Shown piece after piece: positions 17,177 through 18,540 of a DNA stretch of 18,540 bases. This DNA comes from Thermodesulfobacteriota bacterium (lineage in GTDB: Bacteria > Desulfobacterota_D > UBA1144 > Nemesobacterales > N074bin48): NCBI GenBank assembly GCA_041572575.1, contig JBFFSH010000050.1:1-18540 (forward strand), written 5' to 3'. Position 1 is the stretch's first letter. The number at the start of each line of letters is the position of its first letter. The translations under genes were made by a program, and so were the position numbers. The notes beneath the pieces were generated by a model that ran no database searches, was not told the DNA's origin, and was given only the letters and a program-made list of their open reading frames with translations.

Positions 17177-17863
17177 TTAGCGGATTTTCAAGACCTGAAA
17201 AAAAGCCGTTACTGAAAATTTTATAAGCTTCCAGCTAAATGCAAATACAAATCCAGTTTTTCTCTCGTTATGAGAAATTGGTATTTCAGCAAATCTAAGG
17301 CCCCTTTTCTTGGCAAGTATAGATAACATAATATTGGGTGTATGAGCCTCCTTATCAATTTCACTCAGTAGCTCAGACAAACTTTCCCTTCTTATAAGCC
17401 TGTAGGGACAATTAGCGTCTTTTATCCAAACTCCGAATATTATAAAGTTAATCAATCTTAGAATACGGGTTAAGATTAATCTGGAGACAGGATCGTTTCT
17501 GTTGACTCTATAACCAAGAATAAAATCAAAATCATTTCTTAATTCATATAACTTTGGGAAGTCCTGGGGGTTGAACTGATTATCGCTGTCTACCTGGAAA
17601 ACATAGTCTTTTGTAGCATTGTCGTATCCAAGCCTTATGGCTTTGCCGTGGCCACCATTCTGATCGGGCCTTATTACTCTTAGTGCTGGTAAATCTGATT
17701 GCAATCTGTCTAGAATTTCGGGAGTATTATCCGAGCTGCAATCATCGATAATAATAAATTCAGAATCATCAATATTATCAATGATTTCTTTGTGGTATGA
17801 CCTAATAACAGTTTCAATAACTTCCCCTTCATTATAACAGGGCATTACGATAGATACCGACAT
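17177..17863 (-). CDS. GT2 glycosyltransferase, DPM/DPG-synthase-like
   Basis: 228 aa; VSIVMPCYNE, IIDDCSSDNT, NGGHGKAIRLG, FQVDSDNQF, DANCPYRL, EIPISHNER. Confidence 0.88.
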   Translation of the reverse strand: MSVSIVMPCYNEGEVIETVIRSYHKEIIDNIDDSEFIIIDDCSSDNTPEILDRLQSDLPALRVIRPDQNGGHGKAIRLGYDNATKDYVFQVDSDNQFNPQDFPKLYELRNDFDFILGYRVNRNDPVSRLILTRILRLINFIIFGVWIKDANCPYRLIRRESLSELLSEIDKEAHTPNIMLSILAKKRGLRFAEIPISHNERKTGFVFAFSWKLIKFSVTAFFQVLKIR

Positions 17864-18017
17864 AAAAAAAATAATACATGAATCAGTACGAATTCATAAT
17901 TACCAAGAAATTCAGATAAGGTATCTATGGTATTTAATTGATAACCATGAATATTCGGAATAATTAATTTCAGTTTTTATAGACTGTTTTTAATTAATAA
18001 GAATATCTAGATTTAAC

Positions 18018-18400
18018 CTATGCGATGCTGAAATTTATCTGATACGCCGTACCTGGCTGGTCAACTCTTTCAATAGTTCCTCTTATTTGCTTTACTAAAC
18101 CAACTATGAGCTGCAGTCCCAGACTGTCTGTTTTGGTAAAGTCAAAACCATCAGGCAAACCTATTCCATTATCTTCATATTTTAATGTTATAAGATTTTC
18201 AGATTCCTTATACAGCCTTATTGTAATCTCTTTATTATTGCTATAACTATCAGAGCTGAGCACACTGCTTGAGGGAAATGCATGTTTAAGCGAGTTAGAG
18301 ATTAATTCATTTAGAATTAAACCGCATGGAATTACAGTATCGATGCTAATGTTTACATCTTTTAGGTTATCTACATTCAGATTAAAATTAATATCATCAG
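18018..18400 (-). pseudogene. 3' fragment (HATPase_c domain) of a HisKA_2-type sensor histidine kinase interrupted by an IS
   Basis: The frame extends 45 codons upstream of the tracked GTG 18263: DDINFNLNVDNLKDVNISIDTVIPCGLILNELISNSLKHAFP (N box), then YEDNGIGLP (G1), GFDF (F) and SLGLQLI (G2). Kinase-like sequence stops at the IS end (18401); the frame closes with TAA at 18431-18429 inside the IS and has no ATG start or H box. Confidence 0.88.
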
Positions 18401-18540
18401 TGACCTTCCCCCCTATAATAGTACCAGATTACAAGTTAGAATTTTAGGTAATAAACCCTATGAATAGGAGGCAAGGGAAATGCCCAGGAAGCGTTACACG
18501 CCAGAGCAAATAATAAGATATTTAAGACACGCAGAAGTTC
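18401..18540 (+). mobile_element. Left end of an IS3-family insertion sequence (IS407-group-like), truncated by the window edge
   Basis: Begins 5'-TGACCTTCCCCCCTATAATAG, the TG...C-run terminus typical of IS3/IS407-type inverted repeats. An SD and an OrfA-like frame follow, and the start coincides with the break in the kinase gene. Confidence 0.88.
18480..18540 (+). CDS. IS3-family transposase OrfA, N-terminus (partial)
   Basis: AGGAGG at 18466-18471, ATG 18480, MPRKRYTPEQIIRYLRHAEV..., matching the IS3/IS407 OrfA start pattern RKRYTxEQIIxxLRxAE. Confidence 0.88.
   Translation, partial: MPRKRYTPEQIIRYLRHAEV

Noticed and set aside
7240..18017. GT block as an integron cassette array or invertible (shufflon-type) locus
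   Set aside because: No attC-like sites, no repeated recombination sites at gene boundaries and no integrase or invertase seen; mixed orientation argues against cassettes.
18018..18263. 81-aa ORF as a stand-alone gene
   Set aside because: The GTG is an internal Val codon downstream of the kinase N box; it is part of the interrupted kinase.

Overview
AT-rich bacterial window with three parts. (1) 1-7240 encodes mostly envelope or secreted proteins: a partial minus-strand gene, an exported EreA/ChaN-like protein with a small BamE/SmpA-like C-terminal domain, and a VcINDY-like SLC13/DASS Na+/dicarboxylate symporter. Divergent from the symporter is an apparent operon of an exported TPR protein and a 902-aa modular purple-acid-phosphatase-type enzyme (Pro/Thr linkers, Cys/Asp-rich tail), closed by an intrinsic terminator. 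A conserved exported hypothetical protein and a DUF2905 protein follow. (2) 7446-17863 is a ~10.4 kb block made only of glycosyltransferases: three GT2 polyprenyl-phosphate-sugar synthase-like enzymes and four dissimilar polytopic GT-C-type proteins (one ArnT/PMT-like, one DUF2298/YYY, two unassigned). They form three tail-to-tail GT2/GT-C pairs plus one extra GT-C, and no flippase is visible. This block is the best candidate for an undescribed system: multi-sugar, lipid-donor extracytoplasmic glycosylation. (3) 18018-18540 holds the 3' end of a HisKA_2-type histidine kinase cut at 18400/18401 by the left end of an IS3-family (IS407-like) element that runs off the window. All family assignments come from motif recognition by eye; no searches were run.
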